Below are positions 23,416 through 63,066 of a DNA stretch of 64,000 bases, piece by piece. Origin of the DNA: Phoronis australis (lineage: Eukaryota > Animalia > Phoronida). The translations under genes were made by a program, and so were the position numbers. Positions within the stretch are counted from its first letter, which is position 1. Each line of letters starts with the position of its first letter. The stretch covers positions 377,393-441,392 of the forward strand of contig NMRA01000087.1 of NCBI GenBank assembly GCA_002633005.1, given 5' to 3'. The notes under the pieces were generated by a model. It was not told the DNA's origin and did no database searches. It was given only the letters and a program-made list of their open reading frames with translations.

Positions 23416-26400
23416 CATGTGACTGTCAGCACACAATATGGTCGACAAGCAAAATTTTATTTTGCCAAATTTCTCCACAATAATAAAAATGAAGAAAATG
23501 TTAGTCTATGGCATGCATGGTACGGTGTCGATGTCATAAAACAAATGTTGGTAAGTTTTCCATAATCTGCAATAGAGTAATCAACCTTTGAAAAATAGGG
23601 TAATGGCAGTTTTGGTTATTTTTGGGTAAATAAGTGGAGAATTATTGTAGTTTGTGGCAAGGGTTGCGTTCTCTCCCGCACATTTTTATCAATTTTCATT
23701 AGAAAATTAAAAGTATTTGATTCGAAGTTCTTTGTACGCTTCCTTCATCCTCAATTGAAGCAACAAGTTGAAAGGTCACCAATGATATGTTACTTTGTGA
23801 ATAAAAAACTACCTTCGTCTGACTATGGAGTCACATTCTAAATAATTTAATTTAATTTTCAGTATCACAGATATGGTCCAATTTAAATTGTTGAGTTTTC
23901 ATGGAAAAATCTTGGAAGTTTTTTATTTTTGTAACTGAGTATCGTGTTGGATCATATAATTTTGCTTGTTTACCAAAATACTTAAAGACAGACCTTTTTG
24001 CAAAAGACGCCTACTGTTAGTGATAAATGAGGAGGGTGTTGAATGTGTACTGATTGTAACAAACTTTTTAAATTTCTTGTGGGAGGTTTCTATGGAAAAT
24101 CACGGTAAGGTTCTGAAAAAGTTTGTGGGAAACAATAAATAGACATACTGCAGTACAGTGTGACAGTGACACTTGTGTATTTTAATTAATTGAGTTTATA
24201 ATTATCATTCCATTTCTACACTAAGTGTACTCATGATTGGTGTTGATGTTATTCTCATGATTATTGTGTGTTGGTTATATTTGTACACCAGCTCTTCATT
24301 GAAAATCATTCAGAGTGCTGTTACCTTATGTGTCTAATTAAACATTTAGTGCAATTTGGGATGAAGGTGGGCAAAAGTTGTGAAAGTAGATAATGAAAGT
24401 TGTTAAGTCTGAACAATTTTTGTTCTTCAAAATATTGCCAAAATAGACGAAATGACGTTCTTTAAGTCAGTATCTATGAAAATTGCAAAGATACTTCACT
24501 GCAAGAAGTTCTGCAATTTACAGGTTTCATATCAGTGAATAGTGATAGACAAAGTCGGGGTTTCACTTAAAACAACAATGAATAAAATGACAAAATAATG
24601 TCATTTTCGAAGATAGATTAGTATATGAATAAATTGCTTATTAGAAAAGAATAGATTTCTCGACATGTCAATTACATATCATTTGCCTGAGTTTCTCTTG
24701 CAGTGACTCTTAAAACATGGTTACAAAAATAATAGATTTTATTTTCACATAAACTACATACTTACATTGTTTACACATTGCCCCTACTACAGCCTGTTAA
24801 CAGCAAGGTATGAATGAACCCTTTAATGAATATGTTTTCATGAATACCTACTAACAGATGTTTCTACAGAGGTTTCGTATGGAACTTCAACCATCCACAG
24901 TATTGTCAGACAGAAAGTGGTGAATTTTCTTACAGAGATGTTTGTACATATTTATGCAAAGTCTTTTGTTAAAGAGTTCACCCTTACCTTTCTGTTGACC
25001 ATTTTGCCTAGCTGGTTATACAGTCTCTGTTGGAACACAACAAATGACAAATATTAAGCTATTTATAGATAAAATACATTGCACATTTCCCTTCGAACTA
25101 CTGGTATGTTGGTCTCTTAACTATTGTGAGGAAACTGAAGTGTACTGTTTCAGACATTAATTCTGGCAGAAACCATCTACACATGTACATGTATGTCTAC
25201 TAAAACGTAATTGTCCTAGATTACAAAAGGTGTCGCTTTCACGTGAGCACATTAATTTGCGATTTTTGCTTGGTTTTGGACAATCAATTGACTAAAGTCC
25301 TTTAAATTTCAACAACCTGACTCTTGCACCATAATCCCCACATTTTCTAATAGGTCACAATTTTGTATGCACACAATTTGTGTGATGATCCCATAAGGAC
25401 TTCATGGATTGTGAATGGGGCACCAATTATTCATCATAAAACAATACAAAACAGCTGTTTAGTATAAAATGTTAAATAAATTTATCAAATCCCAGTCTTC
25501 ATAATAACTCAACTAGGCAACAGTTCCTTAGAAAACGATTTCCAGGTTTAATATCACTTTCACAATAGAATACTGATTATTTGCAACATATAATTTCGAC
25601 ATTCTTATGACAACTACATGTATAGCGGTAAGTAGCGTTTCATACGCATAATAATCCAGGTTTCTAATTCTCTTCGAGATCTTTCCTGCTGCCAAAGTGC
25701 CTCGTACAACCTGTCTAATAGTCTCAGTTCTAAGGTTCATATTTAATATGACCTTATCGACTAGTTTGTATATTTAGTCAAATATCTACACAGCTATAGA
25801 TTTTAATTCAGTAGAAATATTTCCTGAAACAAAAAACATGTAGAATGTATTGTCTGACTTTGTACCAATGCACCATTAAGCGGGTCACCTGGCCATATCT
25901 AGTGAAATGTAGCAAGAAAGAAAGGTACACGATTCATAGCAAAACAACGGCATCCATAACGTTTCGTTTGGTATAAATGTTCAAGATGAAATCCCAAAAC
26001 GCTGCTATATTTTTCTAAATTTTCAGTTAATTCTCGATTTTCAGAACTTGACTTGTTCATAAAAACCACTGAATTTCATATTTTGATAGGCCATCATGCA
26101 AAAGTGAAACATTTATCAAAACAATCCCCGAAAGCGTTTTAGAACAGTGCACAACGCAAGACATATAAAAGTTCATATAAATCGGATCAGCCACTTCTGA
26201 GACGTGACGTTCCGAAGATGCCAATTTTGGTCATTTTTGATGGCTGCACATAATAGTGCGCAGGATATTTAGCGTTTTCACACCTTCATGAAGAGACTGA
26301 AGTTTGAAAAATCGTTCACTTATCGCGTGAATTTCTTTCTCATTGGACGTAACGTCTTTTTCTATGTTGTCGAGACTAGGCCATGGTCAACTTTTGTTAC

Positions 26401-26462
26401 GGATCCTCCATGACTCGACCAAGTACGACCAAGACTACGAAACACAAACGCATGAATGTCTA

Positions 26463-52569
<26,107 letters not shown>

Positions 52570-52653
52570 GTTTACCAGTCAACTGAACATATTGGATTAT
52601 TACTCAACGTTCAAGCGGCACGCGCCTCTTGTCGCTAGCTCCTCCCTTTCCGC

Positions 52654-52690
52654 TGACGTCACAATACTCCACGAGTGCCCTTTATTTAAT
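52654..52690 (-). promoter_or_regulatory. Candidate RET proximal promoter (CRE palindrome and TATA-like element)
   Basis: TGACGTCA at 52654-52661 and ATTAAATAAA (minus strand, 52690-52681), 85-120 nt upstream of the RET ATG. Confidence 0.35.
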
Positions 52691-53677
52691 TGGTGGTGCT
52701 AATAGCTGAGTATGACAACATCCCTGCGTATTGTTCTGTGTCTACTTAGCACTTCATAGTTCGACGACATAATGGTAGAATCGTGTACGGAATAGATTAG
52801 GTTCCAGCAATGATAATAAAATCCGACGGTTTTCTTACCTCTACGTTTGCTTACATTAAAACCGCTGTTTGGGTTATGACAACGACCGCGGGCGCTTTAA
52901 CAAATAAGAATGTTACCTCACTTTTACCTGTTATTTGTGCTTGTCAGTGATTGATTTTGACATCAAGACAAGTACGAGAAACATTACTTCTAGAAAGCGC
53001 TTCCTCGGTAGTTTGAAATTTGTAAAGCTGATAGGACTTAGGAAACCTGGCACAGAATTAAAAACTCAAATTTCGAGCATTTTGCGTTATCGAATCCTTC
53101 TCTCCAAAGTAGTCCTTACAACTATTTTGAGAAGTCGTTTTCTTTATTTATGCACACATTGAGAATTAGCAATTGTATTTGAAGCAGTGTAAAGGCTTGA
53201 ATCCAAATGCGAACCGTCCACAGACGCGTACGGAGATAGATCACTTATTATTTGACGTTAATCGATCAGCGCTTTGTGTAGGTATTCGCTTACACCTTGC
53301 TTGGACTATTATTTTCACATCCACTACGCGTCTGTTCCAAATCCACACGTTTAGGTGTTTGTTATGCGCGAGTTTTTATTGGCGTATGAATACGTAATAT
53401 ATTAAGTTCCATATGTATGGTCTGTCCTTGTCTTTTATATTAGATATGAAGCGTGTGCGATAGCGTTGTGTGCTCTTCCCAATAGTACAATGAAGTTGAC
53501 TTTGTCGCGTGTTGATAGTTTATCCAATGGAAATAAATTTGCATTTTGTACAATGATGCAACTTGATATGCATCTTGTCAAGTCCGAAATATAAATGAGA
53601 AATTGAATTCGCATTTTCATATATTTTACACGAACATATATGTAGCTCAATGTAACTTACTCATTTTTGTAATTTTT

Positions 53678-53779
53678 AATATAAATAGGTAAATAAAACA
53701 ACAAGAATGGATCAACTGAAATTTTCAGATGTAAATTTCAGTTGATCCATTCTTGTTGTTCTATTTACCTATTTATATT
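53678..53779. repeat. Near-perfect 102-bp palindrome upstream of RET
   Basis: 47-bp arms with one mismatch (AATATAAATAGGTAAATAAAACAACAAGAATGGATCAACTGAAATTT) and an 8-nt loop. Confidence 0.9.
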
Positions 53780-54072
53780 CTACATTTCGTGAAACAATAG
53801 TATCCTTGGGAGGATCTGGATCGCCTTATTTAGTTTCAGATTTATTTTCTATGTAATTTTTAGTAACTTTTGAAAGCCGTTTATGCTTGATACCCGAGAT
53901 TTTCGAGTAAAAGTGCAGTCTCGCCAAGTCACGCGCGATCACGTAATGTTCCGCAGAGCTTTTTCATACATGGGAATATACAGTAGTCCAAATATTCTTT
54001 ATACATTATTACTAGTAGACTTGTTGAAATCAAGATTAGTGTATTTTGCATCACATTCGTTCAAACAGACCA

Positions 54073-54278
54073 GGGGGCTGTTTCTCGAACGGTCTTTTGA
54101 CTCTTGTCTAGAAATCAGTCTACAGATGGTTTAGCCATCAGACTAGGCTAAAAGTAAAAAAATCTACAACTCGAACCGGAAGACAGAAATCCACAGCCTG
54201 CTCGGGAACAGACTAAAAGCCAAAGCCAAAAAACAAAAAAAAAATTTTGGGCTACATATTCTATAAGAAACAGACCCC
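54073..54278. mobile_element. MITE-like element
   Basis: Inverted ends GGGGGCTGTTTCT / AGAAACAGACCCC, with internal TTTTGACT/TTTAGCC versus GGCTAAAAG/GACTAAAAGCC repeats. Confidence 0.55.
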
Positions 54279-56784
54279 GCCCTGTTCTTAACCACTGTAG
54301 AATGTTGGCATATCTTTCAGTATTTCTTGTAACCGACGCGCTTTGTTCATCTACATGCCATAACGCTTATAACAATAATTTAATTATAAGAATAACAATA
54401 ATTTCTTGAAAACTAGATAACACCAACGCAATAAAATTTGTTGATTTTTTATGACAGACCCAGTTCAACGGAACCGTCAACCGTTTAAATTCTGCAAACT
54501 TGCATTTTTGTCTAAGTGTACCATAACAGCTATTGTAAAATCGTGCTCGCCTGTTCAAAGGAAACACAGAGGTCATTTCACTAGCTTTTCGAATCGATTC
54601 ATCGAAGAAAAGAATGGGAAGGATGTTGAATCTCAATTTGGCGCAAATCGATTCTGCCACCCGTTATCGTACGGTTACCGTGGGCGGGTATTGGGTTTTC
54701 ACCCCTGTATTTTGGAGAATGACGCATGTGCCTAATTCCGGAAATAGGTGCTGCTCTGTATAAAGGAATATGGGTCTATACAGTAGTAATTTCCCACATA
54801 GAGAGAGAGCAATATTATAGTTCAAGTGAGCTTAAAACATTTTCTCACTTTCTAAGCTTTATGGTTCGAGGCCAGCGGTCTTTCTAAACAACCAACTTCC
54901 AAAAGCGTTACTTACATTTGCCGATTTGTTGGACCAATCGACAGCAATTTGGATATGTTATAAAATGGTGGACATGGCGTCTGATCCTAAGGCAAATTAG
55001 TTGGTTAATGCTATATTGGGCGCTCACAGGCTTCAGCGGCCGGGTAATACAGTTCAAACTAAGATAAAAATAAGAATGGGTTTATAAATCAAAAACACTT
55101 GAGAGCCCTATTTCCACTACACCATGAGAAACATAGACAACAGAAAGTGAGTTATCTCTGTTTCACGACTCGTTTTTTGAGACACGTCGCAAAACTAAGT
55201 CAAAACAATCGACAGTTCTATTGTGTACCCCTATTTAGTATTAGCGCAGAAACTCTAAATGACATAGTTTTAACTAAACGAGCGTTTTCAAGCTGTCCCA
55301 TTTGGTGTCTTACCAGTACTTCACATAAAATAGTGTGCAAAATGGTGATACTTTAACCTATCACTTGCAATCCCCATGGACAGGCAGAGCGTGGGCCTAA
55401 CCCCATACCACGTCATTGGAATGTAGGCCTTTCACGGTAAGAACGCTGATCCGCCGTCTGGTTTGTATTCGGTCGATGGGAAAACATCATGAAAGGGTTA
55501 TCTGAACACAAGTAGATTTATTTTCTCACCATTGATACTTTCGCCTGTCATAGACGACTAGCTTCATAAGGACTTACTTACGCTGACTGCCGCTAGGGGG
55601 TACGTATGCGGCAACAACCGTAGCGGATGCAAGGTACTTCCAAGCCTCCGTCCCCATCGATAGAGGCGGCGTGACGCCTGACGTGAATTTCTACTCTGAT
55701 ATTTCTAGGAATGTATCTATCTTCACTGTTTAAAACGCTGACAGACTCCCAATTAATCATATGGCCTGTTCTTGAGTGTGCTTTGATAAAGCTGAAAACA
55801 AAGAATTCATTGGTCTTAACGGATTATCGATATTCGTCAATACGTGTTTTACCTGACGACTAGACTCTCATATATAAGAAGTTTACAAGAAGCGCAATCC
55901 ATCCACTTGGTATTAGCATTGCATTTTTGATCTAGGGGAATTACATCCGTAGAAGGCAGTAGACATTACGCAGAGTGTTGCCTCGTCCAAATGTTACGCC
56001 TATGTTGTGCTTCCTGAAAGTTCTACACAGTTTCTCTGAGATACATTGTAAGCAAGGTAGCATTATATAACTTTCTTTCTCTCACTTATACTAGTAGCAT
56101 CCTGAGTAGACATCCTCAATGCCCGAACTTTATGCCCACATGAGGCGCTGCAGTAGATTGAAGTAAATTATGCTTATCTACCCTGTCTTCGTTCGTTTTC
56201 TCTTACACCTTTGTCGTGAGAATCAGGACCAATCCTAACTTCTGGTGCAGTCGGTAGTGGGAGGGCAAGTGTAGGTACTGATGTGCAGCCCGGCCAACCC
56301 GCGATGAAGAACGCCCGGAAGGTGATCGAGAACGCTGACACCTTGCATCAAAAATGGAAGGCGACAGTGACGTACCGGGTGAGATTTAAGTGTCGTTTTC
56401 TTCTTACTTTCAGTTTGGTACGAATGCGACACACAGACAAGCGTCAGAGATTAGACTTCGTTGTGGATCTGAAATAATACTTAGCTTTTGCTTATTTTTT
56501 TAAAAATAAAGAGCGCAGAAACCAATGGCTTTCGGTAAAATGCCTTGGGCCAAGTAAAATCGACAATTTGTACTTGTCATTAGCAATTCCAGGGTTCTTA
56601 AGTAGAAACATGTGACGTTTATAGTTTAATCGTCCCAGGTAACACCTTTATTAGTTCTGATTTGTGAAACAATTCGAGATAAGCAGGTCCTTGTGTGAGA
56701 CGGCGATCGGGAACGAAGTCTTTAATTCTCTATGGCGATCGTGAACGCTTTGGCCTGAATAATCGTTCAGGCTACGTTATTATG

Positions 56785-57167
56785 TCTATTAAATGCAAGC
56801 CGTTACATGCTTGCAGCTCACTGTAATATATTACTATAATACATTATACACTGTAGCACTCTACAATGAAACGGCCTTTTCTTTGAGCAATGAGAACAAG
56901 TGTGAAGTCGCGAGACCTAAGAGTTCTGGGATAGCAATACTTTCATCTGAGGCTGCCACTTTGTAAATTTGGCGCAAAATACAGATTGCCGCTAGTCTCG
57001 AAATTGAATATAATCCAAAAACTTGGCAACAAGAGTAAACATCGACTTGATGCTGGAGCGCACTGTAACACGCATGTAGGACTCGTTGAAGAGTGTTACG
57101 TTGTATAATGTATTGTAGTAATATATTACAGTGAGCTGCAAGCACGTAACGGATTGCATTTAATAGA
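56785..57167. mobile_element. Element with ~78-bp terminal inverted repeats (foldback/MITE-like)
   Basis: TCTATTAAATGCAAGCCGTTACATGCTTGCAGCTCACTGTAATATATTACTATAATACATTATACA... at 56785-56862 is the reverse complement of ~57090-57167; ~230-bp unique spacer. Confidence 0.8.
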
Positions 57168-57663
57168 ATCTTGAATAGTGTTACGGTGTTTGGAACGGGT
57201 GAGTTTATACAGGTTCTGTCGATTTTCTAATTCCCAGACGTGCATGAGTGGAAATCTTTGAATCATCTCATGAATGTTGTTGCCGCATTCCCCTCTCTCC
57301 CCATGGGCAAGCTCAGTCATCATTCTTTCGACTTCACTGGCTACTTGTTTTTTTTTTTCTTTTGCTGTCATAACATCTGCTACAACAATTTGTTTATCCC
57401 TGGCTGACACGCCACATGGAACAACTCCTGGGTGAGTCTATGTTTAGAACCCCTTGTTCCCAGTGGTTTCGTCTGTCTTGTGTATTTCAAAACCCTGGTA
57501 GGGTGTACCTTCACGTTGTGGGTAACATTTTCGTTGAAGGTCGCCTCACAATAATGAAAGTGAACTTGTTTCCTGAAATGAAAACAAATTAATGTGTGAA
57601 AATATCTATAACTATAATAGTATGTTTGATGTACATGTAGTGCTCATGGCGATTTACTGGTAA

Positions 57664-57701
57664 TATGCTATGCTATGCTATGCTATGCTATGCTATGCTA
57701 T
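57664..57701. repeat. (TATGC)7 microsatellite
   Basis: Perfect pentanucleotide tandem repeat. Confidence 0.95.
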
Positions 57702-58304
57702 TGCTTAGTTTTGATACGAAAGTAACACAGTAATGACACAAAATGTGATTAATTCATTGCACCTCACTTATTGTGTAACCTTTTTCACGTTTTATAAGTA
57801 AAAAGTTCATCATTGTTCCACAAACCACGATGCGTTCCCGATCGCATAAACAAACACAAATTTTCGTTCCCTATCGCTTATCATTGCGTTCTCGGTCGCT
57901 TCTTTCAACACAAAAGTGTCGAAAATTCAGAGATCCTGACAAAACTTCGAAAAACAAGCGTTGCGTTATATTTTCACACGTCATTTCTTCATAGCTTTAT
58001 AGTCAACCTATTGATATACTGCCAAAAATAACCTCAATTTGCCAAAATGACATACAAATCATCTTCGGCTTATGTTATGCCTCGGTTAACGTAACTTTTC
58101 TCCAATAATTGGGAAGAGACACTGGCCTAAACCTTTACCTGTCCTTCCTTAATGTGTTTCGCTTTGAACTCATGTCTCTGTTTTCACATTGAAAGTAAAA
58201 ACAACGAAAATTCCTCAAATTTGCTCGCTTTGTCTGGCTTCGCTTTTCGCGCCAAATTTTGTTCTCGATTGCCTTCTAAGCGTTCTTGATCGCGGTTGGC
58301 CGGG

Positions 58305-58352
58305 GTGGTGGTGGTGTGTGTGTGTTCGTGTGTGCGTGTGTATGTGTGTGTA
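58305..58352. repeat. (TGG)n/(GT)n compound microsatellite
   Basis: GTGGTGGTGGTGTGTGTGTGTTCGTGTGTGCGTGTGTATGTGTGTGTA. Confidence 0.85.
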
Positions 58353-58392
58353 TGAACGTAGCATTTCGCATAACTCTGCGGAATATATTGTG

Positions 58393-58645
58393 TCTCTCAA
58401 GGATATAATTCCCCTTGATCAAAAGTGCAGTGTTATATACCAAGTAGGCTGTGCTTCTTGTAAAGTTTCTAACATGGTAGAGTCTGGTCGTCAGTTAAAA
58501 ACCCGTATTGACAAACATAGAAAATATTTGAGGACCACTGAGTTTTTCAGGTTTATCTGCACACGCCCATGAACATGGACATAACATTGATTGGAAGTCT
58601 GTCAGCATTTTAGACTGTAAAGACAGATGCATTCCTAGAAAGAAG
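58393..58645 (+). mobile_element. Decayed Penelope-like retroelement fragment (GIY-YIG endonuclease region)
   Basis: Translation LKDIIPLDQKCSVIYQVGCASCKVSNMVESGRQLKTRIDKHRK, then after a frameshift SGLSAHAHEHGHNIDWKSVSILDC...RK. This fits the Penelope pattern KD.IP...K.GVVY.I.C..C...YIGETGR.L.TRI.EH...S.LA.H....GH.IDW..V.IL; the YIG motif is mutated. Confidence 0.8.
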
Positions 58646-61631
58646 TCCTAGCGTTACTGACCGGGAGGCAGGTTACTCTGGTGAACCCAGTCGTCTGTGA
58701 CAGGCGGAAGTCTTAATCGTGAGCAAACATGCTTGTGTTCAGGCAACCCCTCTCATAATGGATATTTAACAGACTGGTCATTTTTTTCATGACAGGAAAG
58801 CAGTTCTGACTTCTGACGAGCTTTTACGTATGCCATTTTTTCAGACGGTGAATCAGACGTCCGACGTGCCTTATTCTGATCCAATGGCATGCGAACGCTG
58901 CATAAGAAAGGAATTTTTTCAGGGGCCTCGAATACTGGTCCCAATCTTCCCTCAGAAATATTTAAATATCAAGTTAAATTCTCCTCGTCAGACCCTAAAT
59001 TCTCCCATTTTTACTTACATAGACCCTAGGCTAATTGAGGCAGTGCCCGGGGAAGGGGTAAAGATGAAGTTGGGGATGCTTTGAGAGGTCCATTCACACC
59101 CCCAAAATCCTTTCACAGGTGAGCCTGAGTAGGCATAGGAGGGAATTACTTTTCAAAGATGATAAGGCTTATAGAAGATCATTTTGTTTGAAATACAAAA
59201 TGGTCAAGTCGTAGTTAATATCTGTATATATGCTAAGCCTCGTCTCCTGGTAGCCGGTCAATGTGTGATCAGATATGCAACTTTTCTATAATTGCAGTGC
59301 ACTTCTCCAATACCTCATCTGTACGGTGGATACGTGCCAGGTACAATTATAAAACACCTGCCTGTGGTTGGCGCTAGTTTAACTTAATTTTCTCACAGTA
59401 ACATTTAAACTCGCAACCTGACACTCACAGGGTTTTAAATACACCCTCTAACATTTCAGCCAAAAGTGAGTTAGTAGATGTTGTCTGGCGTTTCAAAGCT
59501 CTGTAGAATAACAAGAGACTGTACTACACAGTTTAGGACACCAGCTTACCTTTGTTACGAATGACTCTTTCCTTCATTTTTTTCAAAATAGAGTGATTAC
59601 TATCTACCACCAACTCATAGAGTTTTCTAATAAACTACATGCACATTGAAAGAAAAATTTTAAAAAAATATCGAGGGCTGTTAACGAAAGCGATATTAAC
59701 TCGGGACATGCCGTTTTACCCAGTGTTGAATGTCGAAGGTTTTGATTTGATTTGCGACGGTCACAGCGAATCGAGTCGTGACATTTGGCAAGCAAGTAAT
59801 CTCTGTTCAGAATGGTGATCATAGGTGTTACTCTAGGTTTATTTATTGTTCTACCTTACTTTGAAGTTTCATACTTTGCGTCCCCAGTGTCTTACTCAAT
59901 ATAACCTTCACAAAATGTAGTCAAATAACGAGAGTCACAAAATGGACAGTTAAAACAGTGGTTCAGATTTTCAGATGATGATGCGCAGTTGCACTCTTAG
60001 AAACGTTGTCCACATGACGTCAAAACTTAAGAACGTTTCAGATTTTTTACATTTGAGACAAGGTCCTCTAATGTAATCGGTGAACCAGCCCCTAAACAGG
60101 GTTGGAAGTCCACAAAGTGAAAGTGTAGAATTAAATCATACATGTCACACTCGAATTGCACATCAGTTATTAACCTGGACACGTCGAAATTACGATCGCG
60201 TGAACACAATTATATGTAGAAATAAAACGTCGACTATGACTGCTCTCAAGTTTAGAAGAATTTGTTCACTCGAAAATTCAACCTTTTATTTTTCGCTTGT
60301 CACTACGCCATTTTTATTTTTTACCCAGGAGAGTGCTCGTGAACTAAAACATTCACTTCGCACATTGGTTGGTACTGCGGTCACATGATGACGTCATAGT
60401 CGAAAACTGAGAACAGAACATGGCAAACCATTAAATTCGTTGTTTTTAGAAGAAAGTAAAATGAGGCAAAATATAACCGGTTTTCTAAACGTGTCAACGC
60501 AATATTATTTGGTTAGTACTATCACACCGATCAAGAATTTTCCTCCCATTCTTTTGATTTATATCTGTTTCACCAAGTGCTGAAAAGTCCTCCGATGGAC
60601 CTTCAGCTCTGTTTAGAGTAGCCAGTCAGCTAGCTGTATGAAGACTGTCGTCAAAATACAGCTAGGTACCACTGCGTGTATTTCTTCCGTAGACCCCGAA
60701 ATTGCTCACACCCAGGGTATTTCTGCTCGTCACCTCTCTCGGGAGATAATAACTTGGCAGCAGCAAAATTTCTTCTGAAATTCGTTTTTTGGTATCAAAA
60801 TTCTAAAAACATATAATGAAGTGAAACCAGTTCCGATAATTTGTTGTGACATGTACGCAACCTTGTGAAAGAACAACAGTTGATTGAAGAATCGGCGAAA
60901 AAATACACTGTCCAATAGGTGACGCAATATTTCATGGCGCCGCAAGTCGTCGCTAAAGATCGCTCCACAACTTTAGCAGCAGAATAACGGTAGAACGCCA
61001 TTTTTTCCACCACCGTTAAATAATTTAGTTTACTCAAGGAACTAATTTTGTGTCAGATTTTATCTTACCACTTTTTTACCCACATCGGTACAAAGCTGTA
61101 TATTTAGTATACACCTTTGTACCATGGCTATGTTTAGAGCTGAGTATTTGGCTAGCTCCAATTGAGCGGTTTCTCAGATAATCTGCGTGTCATCCGCATT
61201 AGTGTTGTTCTTGAGCTTTAGTGCACTACTATTACAGCCTGTTTCTCAGCCAACTTACTTACTGGTTGTACTTTTCTAAGCTTATTCAGTTTTTGACGTT
61301 ATAAACCTATTTGGTCGATACATTTATGTGGCATGCAACGTTTCCCGTCTGTGATTCATTCTCTCCAGGCCACCACCGTACCTGAGCGTAGGTGTAGCAT
61401 GAAGTCTAACTAATAGCACTGCGGTGAGATTGTATGTTCACTCACTCAAAAAACTATGTGTTCTTGCGAGACAAAATATTGACCAACCTCTGTCATCACA
61501 TTTAGAATAGTCCTTCTGGGGACTTCACTCCGAATTTGTTCAAGATTCTTGTGAGCACGTTACGTTATGGCTTTACCATGAGAAACTGGCATGGGCGGAG
61601 TCGCGGCAAGTCTTAGAATATCCAGATTTGC

Positions 61632-61991
61632 TTTTTGGCTTAACTTTACGCTGCCAAGCAGAGTTGGTTTTCCGATGTGAAAATGCTGCCAACAAAAAAA
61701 TTAAATTAACGGCAGGCTTAGTAATGACGATCAATAAATATGTGGCTTTCCCAATTATTCGGCATGCTTGTTAAGGTTACTGCATATGTATGTAGGACCT
61801 TTGGCTAATTTCGGAAAGTTGCATCTCAAAATGGCTGATCGTATGCATGTTAAACTTTCACATACTATGCTTTATACATTGTTCTCTAGGTATTGTTTTG
61901 AAAAATATCACATTGATTTTGAATTATGATTTTTACTGAGCTGTGTATGGACTTGTGACCAGCAGGTGCATGTGGTCATGTCCTGCTTGTT
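61632..61991 (+). mobile_element. Possible Helentron-associated (HINE-like) non-autonomous element
   Basis: Starts in a T run followed by a short hairpin (AACTTT...AGAGTT) and ends with the hairpin GCAGGTGCATG-TGGT-CATGTCCTGC followed by TTGTT. Boundaries are inferred. Confidence 0.35.
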
Positions 61992-63066
61992 AACAAAATG
62001 TCCAAACTGTTATGTACTAATAAGTCGTGGTAGTGTCAGAGTGGACCGTAGGCAGTGTCACCGTATGACGTCATATCCGCTAGCGCGTGCAGTGTAAAAA
62101 TGGCCCGTTGCCGATTTGGGCGACTGAACGAAGGACTACTTGAAAAAAAGTTTGATTACGGGAGTATTTGTTCGAGTGTAAAGGAATTAAAGACATCGGT
62201 GTCCCTGTATGCGCGAAAGTTACTTACAGCAATCTCACTTGGATGATTTTATCAGTGTGAGGCATAATCCACCGAAATGTTTCTGGCGTATGAAGACCCT
62301 ATGAGAAGATCACCGTCTCTACTGCTAAGTAAAAACGGCGGTACTGTCTAAGTGAACCCAAGATTCTTATTATAAACTCTTTGAAATTAAGTTATAATGT
62401 CTATGAATAAACACCAGGTTTATACAATTATTTTTATATTCTCGTTCTGTAGTACAAAGTTTTTGATCGATTGACGTTCATTAGTGATTAATTGCATATA
62501 ATTGACGAAATTTGAGAAAATTGTTGATTTTCATGGGCTTGTGTTACTACATATGTGTCACATGGGCAAATATGTCTAACACTTACAAAAGGTGAACTTG
62601 TTTGCTTGAGACCTATACTGTGTGTTTTTTCATTTCTTGTGTAAACATTAGTTTACATTAGCAAAATACATTTATAGATCAAAACATTAAAATTGTATTA
62701 AACACCGAATACAAAGGGACGGTTAGTAAGATAATACGTTTGGGGCATAGCCTTGAGGTCCAGCTGGTTTGACATTGTGCGCAATCAGTCAACATTTTAC
62801 AGTCACTGTGACTGTTTTGAGGAAACACCTGCACTTTACCTGTGCACGTTGAGCATGTAACAAAATTAAAGTATAATAGAAGGTAGGCATCCATCATTCA
62901 GACAAGCGGTGAATCCACTGACCAATGGATAGATAAATGGGGGTAATTTACATTTCTCCATTGAGGAACACAAAAGAGATCCAGCAGGGACTCCCCTTCT
63001 CTGTCCACTGTCACTTGTTTGACATTTTCTTCTTCGACATTTCGATTTTTGCAAACCGCTTCGCTC

